This document shows positions 62,976 through 64,000 of a DNA stretch of 64,000 bases, piece after piece. The notes below the pieces were generated by a model. It was not told the origin of the DNA. It searched no databases and was given only the letters and a program-made list of their open reading frames with translations. The DNA is from Moniliella sp. 'wahieum' (taxonomy: Eukaryota), in assembly GCA_003971905.1 (NCBI GenBank), contig RSEE01000016.1, positions 434,001 to 498,000 of the forward strand. Reading direction: 5' to 3'. The position numbers were made by a program, and so were the translations under genes. Each line of letters starts with the position of its first letter. The stretch's first letter is position 1.

Positions 62976-64000
62976 GCTGGGAATGCTGAGCGCGGATCCA
63001 GGTGGTGTCGAGGCCGGTCGATGGCGATGGTGTTGGGGATGGTGGGGAGCGCCAGGGGGTGGTTGGACCCAACCCTGCGGCCTAAGGCCTGTCCAGCCGA
63101 AGCAGCCTCACCGGTGACGGTCACCCCGGCAAGAGTGAGAGGATGGAGTCTAGCTGAACGTTCAGGCTGCACGCTCAGCGCGCCCCCACGGCGCCAGTGT
63201 TGCCGCGTGCCGCGTCCGAATATCAACACCCACCCGGTGTTGCAATCTTTCAGTCGGCGGCTCCTCCAGCTCAGCCCAACCAGATCAACGCATTAGGCGT
63301 GTTGATCAACCGCCATGTCACGCCCCCCCGCGCCCACTGGCAAGACCCAACAGCACCAAGCCATCGGGGCTGAACACGGTATAATGCATGGGAAGTGCAT
63401 ATCATCGACTTCACTAGGAGACGGCCGTCGGACCCGCTTGACACTTGCCGTTTGTACGTTATCCGATGAACAAGATGCGGGGTTCCTCCTGCCGAGACCA
63501 TCGAGGAGGGAACTGAATCTCCGCACCCATTGGTCGGGAGTGGAGGCAGCAGGCAGCGCGAGAAGAAGAACCAAGCGAAAGTAAGAGGGTGAATGAGATC
63601 CAAACAGCTGAAACGTAACTGGTCTTGGGTACAACAATCCTTGTACCTTTCCCTGCTCATCCAGGCCAACATGTCATACTAACCCGGGCGTGTCGAAAGA
63701 CACAGCGAAATCGTGCCAGTAGGAAGCCGAACTGCCGACCCTTATCGGCGTAGTGGTCGCTCGGGCCCCAGCTGGGTCTTCGTCATGCTTAGCTGTACGA
63801 CAGCCAGAAAAACGGAGTATAGTATTAGTGTAGTCGTAGAGCTCTGCGTCGCGGTTGAAATCGATCGGACGGTCGAGCTATTTGTTTACTAACTTCAGGG
63901 GATAGTTTTCCTGGGGAATTCGTCCACGCTAGCGCTCCTCGTCTTACTGCAAACGGTTCTCATTCGTGGCGGTCCTCGGGCACTATAAACCTCACATGAT

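Noticed and set aside
63000..64000. Short ORFs at the window end
   Set aside because: No family motifs recognised; probably promoter DNA or part of a gene extending beyond the window

Overview
Gene-dense, GC-rich fungal genomic DNA. The SPE3-LYS9 fusion and the few short GT..CTAAC/CTGAC..AG introns point to a basidiomycete, probably Ustilaginomycotina-like. Most CDSs carry small frameshifts that look like uncorrected long-read errors. Gene order: SEC31(-), HSP90(+), Num1/ApsA/Mcp5-like PH protein(-), AP-1 beta adaptin(-), Ty1/copia element A(-), MED25-like VWA+ACID+Q-rich gene(+), 2H-phosphoesterase(-), Mrp49/mL61-like(-), MIT-domain protein(+), degenerate Sir2 sirtuin with a long acidic repeat tail(-), ATP3(+), siderophore-type MFS transporter(-), small hypothetical(-), acylphosphatase(+), Ty1/copia element B(+, LTRs apparently identical), SPE3-LYS9(+), cytochrome b5-like heme/steroid-binding protein(+), PfkB/MAK32-like kinase(+), INCENP(-). 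The most notable observations are: (1) a sirtuin with substitutions in nearly every NAD-binding motif but an intact catalytic His and Zn site; (2) a fungal MED25-like gene; (3) a very young copia element whose primer-binding site matches a non-Met (probably Tyr) tRNA anticodon arm; (4) an unusually long structured intron in ATP3; (5) an HSP90 ending METVD. All family assignments were made by eye from motifs; no database search was run.
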